Shown piece by piece: positions 63,766-64,000 of a stretch of DNA of 64,000 bases. The notes beneath the pieces were generated by a model, which did no database searches, was not told the DNA's origin, and worked only from the letters and a program-made list of their open reading frames with translations. This DNA comes from Balanoglossus misakiensis (taxonomy: Eukaryota > Animalia > Hemichordata), in assembly GCA_040954595.2 (NCBI GenBank), contig CM082589.2:5515186-5579185 (forward strand). Reading direction: 5' to 3'. The translations under genes were made by a program, and so were the position numbers. How positions within the stretch are numbered: the first letter of the stretch is position 1; every line of letters begins with the position of its first letter.

Positions 63766-64000
63766 TCAAATTTCAAAATCGTGTTCCGAGCGATCAACAG
63801 TTCTGTGACAACTGCACAGAGGCAGAGAGTCACCACAGTAGCTGAAGTAGGCATAGTAGAGAATTATCTCCAGAATTCGTGGCAAGCGATATTCTGATCC
63901 ACTTGAGAAGCCACAGACAGTAAACATGTTTCGTGGCATCCTAAACAGGCTGTCAAAAACGCTATCTCCAAGAGACGCACAAAACATGGGCTGGGCCCGT
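63766..64000 (-). CDS. Possible terminal coding exon of an unidentified gene entering from the right edge
   Basis: The frame is open from the window edge to a TGA at 63766 (..DSVFDSLFRMP..LPRILEIILYYAYFSYCGDSLPLCSC..) with coding-like composition. Family not recognised. Confidence 0.3.
   Translation of the reverse strand, partial: RAQPMFCASLGDSVFDSLFRMPRNMFTVCGFSSGSEYRLPRILEIILYYAYFSYCGDSLPLCSCHRTVDRSEHDFEI

Overview
AT-rich, intron-containing animal genomic DNA. Gene structures and repeat types suggest a marine invertebrate deuterostome (inference); nothing prokaryotic. From left to right: (1) the 3' part of a + strand gene encoding ZU5-UPA-linker-ZU5-UPA-death domain, with an HF|T putative autoproteolysis motif in each ZU5. 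It is preceded by a ~247-bp tandem array (1-4160) that appears to be a battery of at least 17 hypervariable, frame-preserving 6-nt microexons, each written ...cag|NNNNNN|gtaagt. This is the top finding. (2) A repeat/MITE-rich spacer (9-18 kb). (3) An expanded SLC17A9 (VNUT) cluster in two head-to-head pairs: three intact genes, one frameshifted copy and one fragment. The first gene has a duplicated, apparently mutually exclusive exon 4 and a GC-AG first intron. (4) A minisatellite- and hairpin-rich block (39-47.6 kb). (5) ARFRP1 on the - strand. All exon coordinates were read by eye from splice signals and reading frames; no database search was run.
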